The notes under the pieces are model-generated. The model was not told the origin of the DNA. It did not search any database and was given only the letters and a program-made list of their open reading frames with translations. 64,000 bases of DNA from Kyrpidia sp. Its GTDB lineage: Bacteria > Bacillota > Bacilli > Kyrpidiales > Kyrpidiaceae. Numbering within the stretch: position 1 is the stretch's first letter; the number at the start of each line of letters is the position of its first letter. Position numbers and translations under genes: made by a program. Where the stretch lies: NCBI GenBank assembly GCA_029960885.1, contig JASBVV010000046.1, positions 105,895 through 169,894 of the forward strand, read 5' to 3'. This document shows, piece by piece, positions 40,660-50,916 of this stretch.

Positions 40660-41235
40660 CTACCGGGTGCGCCGGGAGCGAACGCGGGCCCAGCATTCAT
40701 TTCTCGCCAACACCGTCAACACGGCCACGGGCCGACCCCGGTCGAGCAGATCGCGCAACGCGGCATCGAACATCTCTGCCAGCGCCAGGTCGAGATTCTG
40801 GGCGGCCAGCCGGCGAAGCCGCTCGACCCCCGGATACGCTCGACCGGGCTCCACCGCGTCCGCAAGACAAACCACTTGCTCCAGCGGGCTCATCCCCGGG
40901 CGGCCGGTCGTGTGATAACGCACCGCATTGGCAATTTCGCCATCGTCCACCCCGAATTCCTGCACGAGAGACGCCGCGGCGATCGGTCCGTGCAGCACCG
41001 CCGGCGGCCCGAACACCTCCCGGTCGATTCCCAGTTCCGCCGCCGCCTGTTCGAGACGCTCCTCGGGCCATTCCCGGGCCCAGTCATGCACCCAAGCCGC
41101 CAACCTCGCTTTTTTTCCATCGACACCATACCGGTGCGCCAACCGCTCCGCGGTGCTCACCACGCCCTCCACATGGGTGAATCGGGCCGGGCTCAGGGCG
41201 ACCCTGATCTTTTCCCGGATCTCTTCCTCCGTCAT
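40660..41235 (-). CDS. yqeK: HD-domain Ap4A hydrolase YqeK
   Basis: RFTH, HDWA, LHGP, YHTTG and ADAVEPGR motifs; follows nadD. Confidence 0.9.
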   Translation of the reverse strand: MTEEEIREKIRVALSPARFTHVEGVVSTAERLAHRYGVDGKKARLAAWVHDWAREWPEERLEQAAAELGIDREVFGPPAVLHGPIAAASLVQEFGVDDGEIANAVRYHTTGRPGMSPLEQVVCLADAVEPGRAYPGVERLRRLAAQNLDLALAEMFDAALRDLLDRGRPVAVLTVLARNECWARVRSRRTR

Positions 41236-41843
41236 TTTGGCTGCCCCGTCCTTTCGTACAGGCCTCGATCCCGGATATACTCCTGAACGGCCCTGGGCAC
41301 CAACGCGCTCACCGTCCGCCCCGCCGCCAACCTCGCCCGGAGTTCCGAAGAGGACACGTCCAGCCGGGGCATCTCCACCATTTCCAAGGTCGCCTTGGGG
41401 AATCGATCGCGGACCGCGTCCATCCCCTTATGCTCGTTATACCCCGGTCGAACCACCACAATCAAGTCGGCGAAAGAAACAATCTCTTCGGGGGATTTCC
41501 ACATGGGGAACCCCAACAACTGATCGGCCCCGAGAATCCAGGCGAACCGGACGCCCGGACGCCGGGCGCTCAGGTGGCGAAGCGTGTCCACCGTGTAAGA
41601 CGGTCCTTGTCGATCGAGTTCCACCCGACTCACCGCAAGCCCCGGCCGGTCCGCCACCGCCAATTCGACCATGCGAAATCGGTCCTCGGCCGGAGTATCC
41701 GGCGCTTCTTTATGAGGAGGAACCCGGGTCGGCACGAACACGACCTGCTCCAATTCGCAAGCCTCCAAGACGAACTCCGCAGCCACCAGATGCCCGATGT
41801 GGATGGGATCAAATGTGCCTCCGAACAACCCGATGCGCCTCAC
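41232..41843 (-). CDS. nadD: Nicotinate-nucleotide adenylyltransferase
   Basis: GGTFDPIHIGH, PPHK, SYTVDTL and VSSSELR motifs. Confidence 0.95.
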   Translation of the reverse strand: MRRIGLFGGTFDPIHIGHLVAAEFVLEACELEQVVFVPTRVPPHKEAPDTPAEDRFRMVELAVADRPGLAVSRVELDRQGPSYTVDTLRHLSARRPGVRFAWILGADQLLGFPMWKSPEEIVSFADLIVVVRPGYNEHKGMDAVRDRFPKATLEMVEMPRLDVSSSELRARLAAGRTVSALVPRAVQEYIRDRGLYERTGQPK

Positions 41844-42712
41844 GCGTCGGGTCCCCCTTCGGCCGCCCTGAGATCGAGCAGCTCTTCCACCGTTTCGCGC
41901 ATCGCCGGCACCGGGGCGGCGAGTCCCGTCCAAATTCGAAATGCCGCCGCCCCCTGAAACACGAACATGCCCACACCGTCACAGGTGGCCCTCCCCAATT
42001 CCCTCGCCTTTCTCAACAACCGCGTTTCTCGCGGATTGTACACAATGTCGCTGATGACGCAGTCTTCACGGGTCCACCCTGGATCGAAGGGCATGGCGTC
42101 GCGATGGGGGGTCATCCCGATCGGGGTGGCATTGACGCAAAGATTCACGTCCCCGAGTCGTCTTCTTAACTGACCCCACTCCCGGGAATCGATCCGGCCG
42201 GGACCCACCCGCCGCAGCGCCGACGCCAACCGGTCGGCCTGTTCGGAACGCCGGGCGAACACCCAAACGTCCGCCCCCTCCCGGAGAAGCGCGTGGGCAA
42301 TGCCCCGGGCGGCGCCGCCCGCTCCAATCAAGGCGCAAATTTTCCCCTCGGGCGCCATCCCCGTCTCTTCCTTCAAAGACTGCACATAACCCCATCCATC
42401 GGTGTTATAGCCGACCAATCGCCCGTGCTGAACGCTCACGGTGTTCACCGCCCCGATCTCCGCCGCCTCGTCGGACAGCTCGTCCACCAAGCGACAAGCG
42501 GCTTCCTTGTGAGGAATCGTGACGTTCCAACCACGAAAGCCGAGTGCCAAAAGCCCCTCCATGGCCGCGGGCAAATCCTTTGGACGGACTTCATAGGCGC
42601 TGTACCGCCAGGCCAGCCCCAGTTTCTCAAACGCTCGGTTGTGCATCGCGGGGGAAAGAGAATGTCCCACCGGATGACCGATCAAGGCCACACGGCCTTC
42701 CACTTCCATCAT
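41840..42712 (-). CDS. aroE: Shikimate dehydrogenase
   Basis: HSLSPAMH, NVTIPHK, GAVNT, NTDG, GAGGAA and NATPIGM motifs. Confidence 0.95.
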   Translation of the reverse strand: MMEVEGRVALIGHPVGHSLSPAMHNRAFEKLGLAWRYSAYEVRPKDLPAAMEGLLALGFRGWNVTIPHKEAACRLVDELSDEAAEIGAVNTVSVQHGRLVGYNTDGWGYVQSLKEETGMAPEGKICALIGAGGAARGIAHALLREGADVWVFARRSEQADRLASALRRVGPGRIDSREWGQLRRRLGDVNLCVNATPIGMTPHRDAMPFDPGWTREDCVISDIVYNPRETRLLRKARELGRATCDGVGMFVFQGAAAFRIWTGLAAPVPAMRETVEELLDLRAAEGGPDA

Positions 42713-42778
42713 TCCCCACCCCCGCCTCTCCCGACCGGCTTCTTTCCTCCATCATACCACGCCAACGGACCGGCAACG

Positions 42779-42991
42779 CTACTTTCGAAAGTCCATTTTC
42801 AGCTTCACGTCGCTGCCTTCGAAGGCGATGTGAAGGTCGTGAAGATGATAATCCCGCAAATCCGGCTCGCTCTCCCGCGCCCGATGCACCTCCCGGTGCA
42901 ACCAATCGAGCCATCCGTCGACATCAAAGGTCAGCGGCTCCGACGGAAAGGATAACACCCGCACCACCTTGCGCCTTCGGGGTGTCTCCAC
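42779..42991 (-). CDS. Small hypothetical protein (~70 aa)
   Basis: Strong GGAGGAGG RBS before GTG at 42991; protein-like composition; fills the yqeH-aroE gap. Confidence 0.6.
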   Translation of the reverse strand: METPRRRKVVRVLSFPSEPLTFDVDGWLDWLHREVHRARESEPDLRDYHLHDLHIAFEGSDVKLKMDFRK

Positions 42992-43066
42992 GGGGCCAAC
43001 CTCCTCCACCGGCGATCTTAATCCAGCCATATGCGGAAGACGCCGCCCCTAGACTTTGAACGGGGC

Positions 43067-44158
43067 TCAAATCAGCGCCGGACGCAGCTCCACATCGACT
43101 CCTTCGGGCGCCGAAATGGCCACCCGGGCGGCCCGCCCCCGGGCGGAAATCCAACCGAAACCGGCGACCGCCAGATCCGCCGCCGCCCCGGGTGAAAGCG
43201 ACCACTCCTTCGTCGCCGGCGGGGTCACCGCCGGCAAGCACGCCTCACAGGGCGGAACCAAGTCACGCCCGGCGTGCCTCTCAAAAAAAGCCTTTGCCCG
43301 GCGGACTTGGGTTCGGTGAATCCGAAGCCGATTTGAGACGTAGCAGACGAAGGGTTGCCGGACGCCCTCGAGCACATCCAGACGCACCAATCCGCCCAAC
43401 CAGAGGCTTTGACCCGACTCCAATTGATAGATGCGAGGATGAAGGGGCCCATCCGGCACCACCGCCCGAAGGCACCCCGGACAGAGGCGGTCCACCACCC
43501 GATAGGCCGCCGTGATGCCCGGCGTATCCACCCAGACGTTCCCATTCCCCGTTTCGATGGTCACCGTGTTCAGCGTGGTCCCGGGAACCCGGGAGGTGGT
43601 CAACAGCCCGTCCGCCGGGCGGCCCGCCGCTTGCAGCAGCGCATTGACTAAACTGGACTTGCCCACATTCGCCGCCCCGATAAAATACACGTGGTTCTCC
43701 ACCCGGGACAGGTCGTCGAGCAGCTCCGAGATCCCGATTCCCTTGTGCGCGCTGACCAAATCAACCCGTTCCGCCCGGATACCCTCCTTGTTCAGTTGCA
43801 TCTCAACCCAACGGAGCACACGATCGTATCGGGTTTCCCTGGGCAAAAGATCGATTTTGTTTATCACAAGCCACAATCGACCTTCCGCCACCGTGGAGAG
43901 ATCCGGAATGCGGCTTCCCGTCCAGTCGGTGACGTCCACCACATGGACCACCGTGGCCCGCTCGGCGGCCAACAGCCCCATGATGCCCCGCAGGCGTTCC
44001 GCCGGCACCGACGCCGGCGCAACCTCTTGGTAATGCATGATGCGATAGCAGCGCCGGCACACGACCCCGGGCTCCTCCAGGCGGTGGGGCGGCACATACC
44101 CGGCCCTTCCCGGGTCTTCGCTCTGCAACGGTTCCCCGCACCCGCGGCAGACCTTCAT
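43067..44158 (-). CDS. yqeH: Ribosome biogenesis GTPase YqeH
   Basis: CRGCG and CRRC zinc finger; circularly permuted NKID, GAANVGKSS and DTPG motifs. Confidence 0.92.
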   Translation of the reverse strand: MKVCRGCGEPLQSEDPGRAGYVPPHRLEEPGVVCRRCYRIMHYQEVAPASVPAERLRGIMGLLAAERATVVHVVDVTDWTGSRIPDLSTVAEGRLWLVINKIDLLPRETRYDRVLRWVEMQLNKEGIRAERVDLVSAHKGIGISELLDDLSRVENHVYFIGAANVGKSSLVNALLQAAGRPADGLLTTSRVPGTTLNTVTIETGNGNVWVDTPGITAAYRVVDRLCPGCLRAVVPDGPLHPRIYQLESGQSLWLGGLVRLDVLEGVRQPFVCYVSNRLRIHRTQVRRAKAFFERHAGRDLVPPCEACLPAVTPPATKEWSLSPGAAADLAVAGFGWISARGRAARVAISAPEGVDVELRPALI

Positions 44159-44679
44159 CGTCCATCCCCCTCCGGAGCCCGGGTGAGCGGCGGCGCCACC
44201 CGGCGAAGCAACTGCCGTTCCAGGAGTCGCATCATCCGGGTGCCCACCCATTCTTTATCCGAAATCGGAACCACCAAAATCGTATACATCCCCATGCGGT
44301 TTCCGCCGGCAATGTCGGTGAACAACTGGTCACCGATCATCGCCGTCTCTCCCGGATGCGTGCGCATGATCTCCAGCGCCCGCATAAACGCCCGGATCCG
44401 CGGCTTCCCGGCTTCGTACACCGCCGGGATCGCCAGTCGTTCGGCAAACGGACGCACCCGGACCTCTTTGTTGTTCGAGACGATGCAGACCCGAAGCCCC
44501 TGTTCGCGTAGACCGTCCAGCCAATGCACCAACTTATCCGGCGCCTCGGGCTCATTCCATGCCACCAGAGTGTTGTCCAGATCCGTGACAATCCCGCGAA
44601 TTCCCTTTTCAACCAGTGTCTCCGCATTCACGGCGTAGATAGACGGTACATACAGATCCGGCACCAATATGCGCAACAC
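44155..44679 (-). CDS. yqeG: HAD IIIA phosphatase YqeG
   Basis: DLDNTL, VSNN, KP and IGDQLFTDI motifs. Confidence 0.93.
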   Translation of the reverse strand: MLRILVPDLYVPSIYAVNAETLVEKGIRGIVTDLDNTLVAWNEPEAPDKLVHWLDGLREQGLRVCIVSNNKEVRVRPFAERLAIPAVYEAGKPRIRAFMRALEIMRTHPGETAMIGDQLFTDIAGGNRMGMYTILVVPISDKEWVGTRMMRLLERQLLRRVAPPLTRAPEGDGR

Positions 44680-44835
44680 AGCTTCCACTCCCCGCCCCGA
44701 ATCGGGGTCCTGTTAAATTTGAATGGTACCACATTCCAACCGCCGGGCCAAGTCGAGCCCCGACCTGGGATGCGACCCGCGCAACAATGTTTCCTTCCCG
44801 ACCACACCGGCGATACTGGGAACGGAGGGATTGCG

Positions 44836-46605
44836 GTGAAACATGCGGGACGCACCCGTCGCCTGTTCGTTTGGATCAGCGCATGGACATGCTTGGCGGC
44901 CGTCCTGGGGGGGCGGCTCTTTTTCATCCAGGTGGCCGATGCCCACCATTATGAAGGCCATGACCTGGTCACGCTGTCGGTCGAACAACGAAGGGAGCAA
45001 TTCGTCGTCGACTCCGGCCGGGGCAACATTCTGGATCGAAACGGCCAATCCCTGACCGGACACACCTTTCTGGGCCTGGTGGTTTTACCCCCGTGGCACC
45101 CGGATCCCCGGGACCCTCGCCTGCAGCAATTGGCATCGGCTCTCGGACAGCCGGCGGACCGAACGGAGGCCGCACTGGCGTCCATGAAACGACCGGGGCT
45201 GCTCAGCCTGCCCGGACAAAACGGCATCCCCGCTCCGATCGAGTTGACCGACGCCCAGGCGGCGGCAGTGCTGGCTCTTGGTCTGGAAGGCATTCTCCCG
45301 CGCCAGGTCACCGTCCGTTACAACAATCAATCTCTGGCGCGCCACGTCATCGGCTTCATCGGCGAAGACCCGGATTTGGTCACCCAGGTCTACGACGGAC
45401 GTTACCCTCTGGATGAACCGGTGGGGAAAATGGGCCTGGAACGGGTGTTTCAGGAGGATCTACGGGGAAACGGCCCCGCCCGAACCCTGCATTTCTATGT
45501 GGACGGCGAGGGCCGGCCTCTGCCCGGTCTCGGAATTCGGGAGACCGCCGAACCGGGCACCGGGTTGAACGTACAGACGACGCTGGACACCCGTCTTCAA
45601 CAAATCGTCGAGGACGCCATGGACAAGGTGGGATTGAAAAAAGGCAGCGCCGTGGTCCTGGATGTGCACACCGGGGACATTCTGGCCATGGCATCCCGGC
45701 CCAACTTCGATCAGAATCACATTCCGTCCGGCGCGGCCGCCTACCCGAAAAATCTGGCGGTGGAAGCCGATTTTCCCGGTTCCGTGTTCAAAATCGTCGA
45801 CGCCGCGGCAGCGCTGGACAAAGGCCTATTGTCCGCCGCTACCCCTTTTGAATGTAAGGGCTCCATTCAAATCGGGGATGGCGTACTGAACTGCTGGAAA
45901 GTGCATGGTGGAGAAACGGCGGAAGAGGCCTTCACCCAGTCCTGCAACGTCGCCTTTGCCCAGATGGCGATGAACCTGGGGCGGAACGCCATTGACCAGT
46001 ACGCCAAAGCTCTGGGTCTTGACCAGCGGGAAGGCCAAGTCGTAAACGGGAGGGATGTCCTCGACGGAGAAGATCCCGGTTCGGTGTTTGTCGGGCCGGG
46101 CGACGCGTTGCGCCTACTGGCGAATACCGGCATTGGGCAGGAAAACGTCCGGATCAGCCCTCTGCAGGCCGCCGTGATGGCAGCCACCATTGCGGCGGAC
46201 GGCAAGCGTCCCGTCCCCCGCTTGGTCATGGGCTTGACCACAGTTCAAGGGGACCCCTACCGCACGTGTTCCACCCAATCTCCGGTACAGGCCCTGAACC
46301 CGGAGACCGCCCGGGAGGTGGGACGGTGGATGCGCCAAGTCGTCGCCTCACCCCAGGGCACCGGCCACCTCCTCGCCCAGGCTGCCCAGGAGGTGGCGGG
46401 AAAAACCGGAACCGCCCAAACCGGCAACCTCCGCCTGGTGAACCAGTGGTTTGTCGGGTATTTTCCCTATGACCATCCTCAGTACGCCGTCGCGGTGGAC
46501 GCCCTGGACGTGCCGGACAACTCCGGCCTGCGCTACCCGGAACCCGTGGCCCTCGACATTGTCAACGCCTTGGCGCAGGCGCGGGGGGCCTCGGAGGGAA
46601 GGTGA
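44836..46605 (+). CDS. Class B penicillin-binding transpeptidase (PbpI/SpoVD-like)
   Basis: TM anchor, RGNILDRNG, SVFK (SxxK), SCN and KTG motifs. Confidence 0.9.
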   Translation: MKHAGRTRRLFVWISAWTCLAAVLGGRLFFIQVADAHHYEGHDLVTLSVEQRREQFVVDSGRGNILDRNGQSLTGHTFLGLVVLPPWHPDPRDPRLQQLASALGQPADRTEAALASMKRPGLLSLPGQNGIPAPIELTDAQAAAVLALGLEGILPRQVTVRYNNQSLARHVIGFIGEDPDLVTQVYDGRYPLDEPVGKMGLERVFQEDLRGNGPARTLHFYVDGEGRPLPGLGIRETAEPGTGLNVQTTLDTRLQQIVEDAMDKVGLKKGSAVVLDVHTGDILAMASRPNFDQNHIPSGAAAYPKNLAVEADFPGSVFKIVDAAAALDKGLLSAATPFECKGSIQIGDGVLNCWKVHGGETAEEAFTQSCNVAFAQMAMNLGRNAIDQYAKALGLDQREGQVVNGRDVLDGEDPGSVFVGPGDALRLLANTGIGQENVRISPLQAAVMAATIAADGKRPVPRLVMGLTTVQGDPYRTCSTQSPVQALNPETAREVGRWMRQVVASPQGTGHLLAQAAQEVAGKTGTAQTGNLRLVNQWFVGYFPYDHPQYAVAVDALDVPDNSGLRYPEPVALDIVNALAQARGASEGR

Positions 46606-46798
46606 GAGGATCAGGCGTTCATTTCATACGCCTGTCACCTTTGCCGGTGCCATGCGCAGTCGTTCTACATTACTTCAAAAGAATTCCACGCATTCGCGAA
46701 AAGTCCTGCCGGCTTGAACATCATTCTTGGCGGAACCGAGCGCCTCTCTCGTGCATATGGATATCCCGAGCCATCTTTTGCCCGGAGGGGGAATTCCC

Positions 46799-47710
46799 GT
46801 GATCCCCGACGTCAGTGTGATCCTGCCCGCCCGAAACGAGCAGGACCACATCGAACCGACGATACGCTCCATATGGGCCGCCAAAAACCGCCTGTCCTTC
46901 GAACTGATCGTTATCGACGACGGCTCCGCCGACGGCACTCCGGAAATTGTGGACCGCCTGGCCCGGGAGGCGACGGAACATGGGGCGGACGCGGGCGGCA
47001 CGCCCACGCTCACGGTGCTGCACACCGGCGGTCTCGGAGCGGCCGGGGCTCGCAACGCCGGAGCCGGGAAGGCCAGGGGGCGAGTCTTGATCTTTTGCGA
47101 CGCCCACGTCTTCGTCGACGACGGCTGGCTGGATGAATTGGTTCGCTTGGTGGACAGCGGGGATTGGGATGCGGTGTGTCCCGGCATCGCCGCCCACGAT
47201 GAACCGGATCGGGCGGGATTCGGGCAATCCCTCACCGACACCGTCGAAATCCGCTGGCTGCCCAAACCCGATCGCCCGACGGCCGTCCCCATCGTTCCCG
47301 GCGCCTGTCTCGCCGTTCCCGCCGGCACCTTTCACCGGGTCGGCGGGTTTGACAGCGGTCTTCGAACGTGGGGTTTCGAAGACGTGGAATGGTCGGTACG
47401 CATGTGGCTCGCCGGCTATCGATTGGGTACCACGCCACATACGGTGGTGCGCCACGTGTTCCGGAAAATCCATCCGTACACGGTCCCATCCCATGAGTTC
47501 TACTACAATCTCACCCGAACCGCCCTCAGCCATTTCACGGGCCCCCGGCTGGCCCACCTTCTTCGCATGCTGTCAGGGCACCCGATGCGGTTCGATCTTC
47601 TCACCACCGCCCTGTGCGACGGTACGTTGGAGCGCCGCCAACGACTGTTCAGTACCCGGGTACAGGAAGACGCCTGGTTTGTCCACAGATTTGAGTTGCC
47701 GCTGGAATGA
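46799..47710 (+). CDS. GT2-family glycosyltransferase
   Basis: SVILPARNE, IDDGSADGT, ARNAG, FCDAH, WGFEDVE and VRHVFRK motifs. Confidence 0.9.
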   Translation: MIPDVSVILPARNEQDHIEPTIRSIWAAKNRLSFELIVIDDGSADGTPEIVDRLAREATEHGADAGGTPTLTVLHTGGLGAAGARNAGAGKARGRVLIFCDAHVFVDDGWLDELVRLVDSGDWDAVCPGIAAHDEPDRAGFGQSLTDTVEIRWLPKPDRPTAVPIVPGACLAVPAGTFHRVGGFDSGLRTWGFEDVEWSVRMWLAGYRLGTTPHTVVRHVFRKIHPYTVPSHEFYYNLTRTALSHFTGPRLAHLLRMLSGHPMRFDLLTTALCDGTLERRQRLFSTRVQEDAWFVHRFELPLE

Positions 47711-47873
47711 CCGCGCCGGCCCGCCGGAGTCGCCCAAATGCATCCCGGCGGCACCCCGGGCAATACCTCGGTCGGTGGCCGGCCGAACCCCTATGTCGCC
47801 CGACGCCGATTCCCGGAGCCCCCTCCGGGGGGCGCGCACAAGTTTCCCGCGCCCCCCGAAAACCGCGGACCGC

Positions 47874-48686
47874 TCAAACGGTCGGCGGCAGTGTCGGCAG
47901 GGGAGGCAGAGTCGGCGTGGGCGTCGGTGTCGGTGTGGGGGTCGGGCCCACGGCGGGAGCCGGATTGAGCACCAGTTGACGCTGCAGAACCTGAATCGTC
48001 AAAAGCACCATCATCTGTTCCCGGAACGTCCGGAACGTGCGTTCCTCAAGCGGCGGATCCCCGTCCTCCCCGAACCGGCGAGGCACATCGGCCTGCAGAA
48101 CGGCGGCGCTCACCAATTCACAGTACGGTTTGACATCATAATTGACGACGGTGAAGGAATCGTACTCCCGAAGCGGCCGGCCAAACCGTCCCACCAACTG
48201 ATACTCCTCGTACACGTCGGGGGTCGGCTCCACCGGCGGCGTCAAGAAGGTGACCGCCGTCACACTTTCAAAAGGCACATCGACGATGGTGTGGCGAACA
48301 TCCCCGCTGATGCTCCTGCGCGTCACCCGGGAAGCGGTCCCATACTGGATGTCTTCCCTGACGTATCCCCGGAGGAACAGTCGATTGGTCGGCAGGAGCA
48401 GATCGCACCGTTCCAGAAACACCGTTTTGTCAATGCGATGAATGTCCGAGGCCGGATCGGGCAGCCGAATCAGGGCGTCCAAATCGATCTGGACCGTAAA
48501 CTGAGCCAACAGGACGGGGGTCTTGATGGTGACCGGACCCACGGTGGGAACCGGAGTGACCGGGGTACTCGGCACTTCCGGAGGCGTTTTCGCCTCCACC
48601 ACCTCAGCTTCGCGGCACTCCGAATGGATGCGGAGGACATCGACATCCGAAGTCCGTTGGCTGAGTCGGCTTCGCGTTCTGCTCAT
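47874..48686 (-). CDS. CsxC-like spore coat/exosporium protein with Pro-Thr-rich ends
   Basis: Core PVLLAQFTVQID...TNRLFLRGYVREDIQY...KPYCELV resembles the CsxC family (recalled, not searched); C-terminal (PT)6 tail. Confidence 0.65.
   Translation of the reverse strand: MSRTRSRLSQRTSDVDVLRIHSECREAEVVEAKTPPEVPSTPVTPVPTVGPVTIKTPVLLAQFTVQIDLDALIRLPDPASDIHRIDKTVFLERCDLLLPTNRLFLRGYVREDIQYGTASRVTRRSISGDVRHTIVDVPFESVTAVTFLTPPVEPTPDVYEEYQLVGRFGRPLREYDSFTVVNYDVKPYCELVSAAVLQADVPRRFGEDGDPPLEERTFRTFREQMMVLLTIQVLQRQLVLNPAPAVGPTPTPTPTPTPTLPPLPTLPPTV
47910..47945 (-). repeat. (Pro-Thr)6 coding repeat
   Basis: Translation GPTPTPTPTPTPTLPPLPTLPPTV. Confidence 0.85.
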
Positions 48687-48876
48687 CTCCGTCTCCTCTC
48701 CCTTCTTCAGAATTGGGTTTCACCTCAATGGTATGGCCGTCCTGCGCCAAACGCACCGGCCCGTGTCCGAGGCCGCCGCCCTCATTCCCCGTTTTCAGCG
48801 GACGTCCACACGGCATTCTCCCGTTCACACATACACTGGGGCAAAGGCACCTCAATCATCCGGAGGTGATGCTCCC

Positions 48877-49923
48877 GTGAATATGTGCGTGGTCGGTGCC
48901 GGCCACATCGGGCAACACGTGCTGACCCACCTGCACCGAACCCGGCCGGCCGACTCCGTCACCGCGGTGGACATCGATCCCAAAAAAGTGACCGCCCTGC
49001 GAGAGCGGGGTTTTTCTGCAGACACGACCTGCCCGGAGGGCATTGATGTCGACGTCTGGATCATCTGTGTCTCCACAGGGCCGAACTTAGCCTGGTTATT
49101 CCAGGCACTCGACCGCCTTTCGCCAAAACCCGGCTCGCTGGTGAGCATTGAATCCACCCTTCCCGTGGGGACCACACGCGCGGCCGCGGCACGATTTCGC
49201 TCCCGCGGATACGCACCGGGAACGGGTTTTCACCTGATTCATGTGCCCCATCGGGTCCTGTTCGGCGTCGATGAGGATCCCGAAGCCTCCACCAGGATCA
49301 TTGCCGGCCTGACCGACGCTTGCCTGCGGGCGGGAATCGATTTTTACAGCGGCTGCGGAATCACCCTTCACCCGGTGAGCTGCCCGGAACTCGCGGAACT
49401 CGCCAAACTCGTGGAGAATTCCGCACGGTACCTTGAAATCGCCTTTGCCGAGGCGCTGAAACAAGCGTGCGACGAGCACGGACTCGATTTTGATCAACTC
49501 CGCCAAGCGGTGAACACCAAGAGCAATGTGCATCTGGCCGACGTGGATTACGGAATCGGCGGAGAATGCCTGCCCAAAGACCTGGATTTTCTGCAGGACT
49601 GGCTCCGCAGCCCCCTGCTCGGTGCCGCCGAAAAAACCGATCGGCGATACCGGCGGCATCTCGTCGATATCGCCTCCACCGCCAAGACCGCGCTATTGGT
49701 CGGCCTCACGTACAAACCCGGCGTTCCGGTTGTGCAGGGGAGCCGTGCCATCGAACTCGGCCGCCAACTGAAGTCCAGGGGCCTGAAGGTCTATGCCCGG
49801 GACCCGCTCCTGAAGGACGATCAGGTCGCGGAGCTGGGATTTACTCCCTATCGGGGAGCTGCGGATATCGACGTGATATATTGGCGCGGCAAATGGGAAA
49901 CGAAAAGGAGGCTTGCGCCGTGA
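48877..49923 (+). CDS. UDP-glucose/GDP-mannose dehydrogenase family protein (short, divergent)
   Basis: GAGHIG, IESTLPVGTT, AKLVENS, IGGECLPKD and GLTYKP motifs; GGAGG RBS with GTG start. Confidence 0.85.
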   Translation: MNMCVVGAGHIGQHVLTHLHRTRPADSVTAVDIDPKKVTALRERGFSADTTCPEGIDVDVWIICVSTGPNLAWLFQALDRLSPKPGSLVSIESTLPVGTTRAAAARFRSRGYAPGTGFHLIHVPHRVLFGVDEDPEASTRIIAGLTDACLRAGIDFYSGCGITLHPVSCPELAELAKLVENSARYLEIAFAEALKQACDEHGLDFDQLRQAVNTKSNVHLADVDYGIGGECLPKDLDFLQDWLRSPLLGAAEKTDRRYRRHLVDIASTAKTALLVGLTYKPGVPVVQGSRAIELGRQLKSRGLKVYARDPLLKDDQVAELGFTPYRGAADIDVIYWRGKWETKRRLAP

Positions 49924-50909
49924 ACTGGTCCGGAGTACAGGTTTTTGTCACCGGCGCCGCGGGATTTATCGGCAGCCATGTCACCGAATCGCTGGTTCGC
50001 CGGGGGGCTCGGGTGCGGCCGTTCATCCGCTACAACTCCACGCGCCACCTCGGATGGCTGGCCCACTTGGCCCCCGATGTGCAGAAGGAACTGGATGTGG
50101 TCGCGGGCGATCTGTGCGACTCCGAAGCGGTGTATCGGGCGATGCGCGGAACGGACATGGTTTTTCACCTCGGTGCGCTCATTTCGATTCCGTATTCGTA
50201 CGCCCATCCCCGGGAAGTGGTGGAAACGAACGTCATCGGCACCCTGAATGTGTTGACGGCGGCCAGAAACGCGGGGGTCCGCCGGGTGATCCACACGTCG
50301 ACCAGCGAGGTGTACGGAACCGCCCAGTACGTGCCCATCGACGAACACCATCCCCTCCAGGGACAATCGCCCTATTCCGCCAGCAAAATCGCCGCAGACA
50401 AGCTGGCGGAGAGCTTTTTTTGTTCCTATGAGCTCCCGGTGGTCACTGTGCGCCCCTTTAACGCGTATGGCCCCCGTCAATCCCTGCGCGCCGTCATCCC
50501 CACCATACTTGTTCAAGCGCTGACCCGGGACCGGATTCAGTTGGGCGACCTTTCGACCAAACGGGATTTCACCTTTGTGGAGGACACCGCCGCCGGTTTT
50601 GTCCGCGCCGCGGAAGTGGACCACGCCGTCGGGGAAGTCTTCAATATCGGCAGCGGCCGCGAGATCCGCATCGGCGACCTCGTCCGGGAGGTGCTCTCGA
50701 TCACCGGGCGCCCGCTGCCCGTGGAACAGGACACAAGACGGCTGCGCCCGACCCGGAGCGAAGTGCGGCGGCTCCGGGCGGATGCCTCCAAGGCCGAACG
50801 GATTCTCGGATGGCGGCCCCAGGTGGAGCTCCGGGAGGGGCTGGCGCGCACCCTGGCATGGATCGAAGCGCACCTGGATCGCTTTCCCGGCGACGACTAC
50901 GCGGTGTGA
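49920..50909 (+). CDS. NAD-dependent nucleotide-sugar 4,6-dehydratase (LegB-like extended SDR)
   Basis: TGAAGFIGSH, HLGALISIPYSY, TSTSEVYG, YSASK and RPFNAYGPRQS motifs. Confidence 0.88.
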   Translation: MNWSGVQVFVTGAAGFIGSHVTESLVRRGARVRPFIRYNSTRHLGWLAHLAPDVQKELDVVAGDLCDSEAVYRAMRGTDMVFHLGALISIPYSYAHPREVVETNVIGTLNVLTAARNAGVRRVIHTSTSEVYGTAQYVPIDEHHPLQGQSPYSASKIAADKLAESFFCSYELPVVTVRPFNAYGPRQSLRAVIPTILVQALTRDRIQLGDLSTKRDFTFVEDTAAGFVRAAEVDHAVGEVFNIGSGREIRIGDLVREVLSITGRPLPVEQDTRRLRPTRSEVRRLRADASKAERILGWRPQVELREGLARTLAWIEAHLDRFPGDDYAV

Positions 50910-50916
50910 GGAGGGG

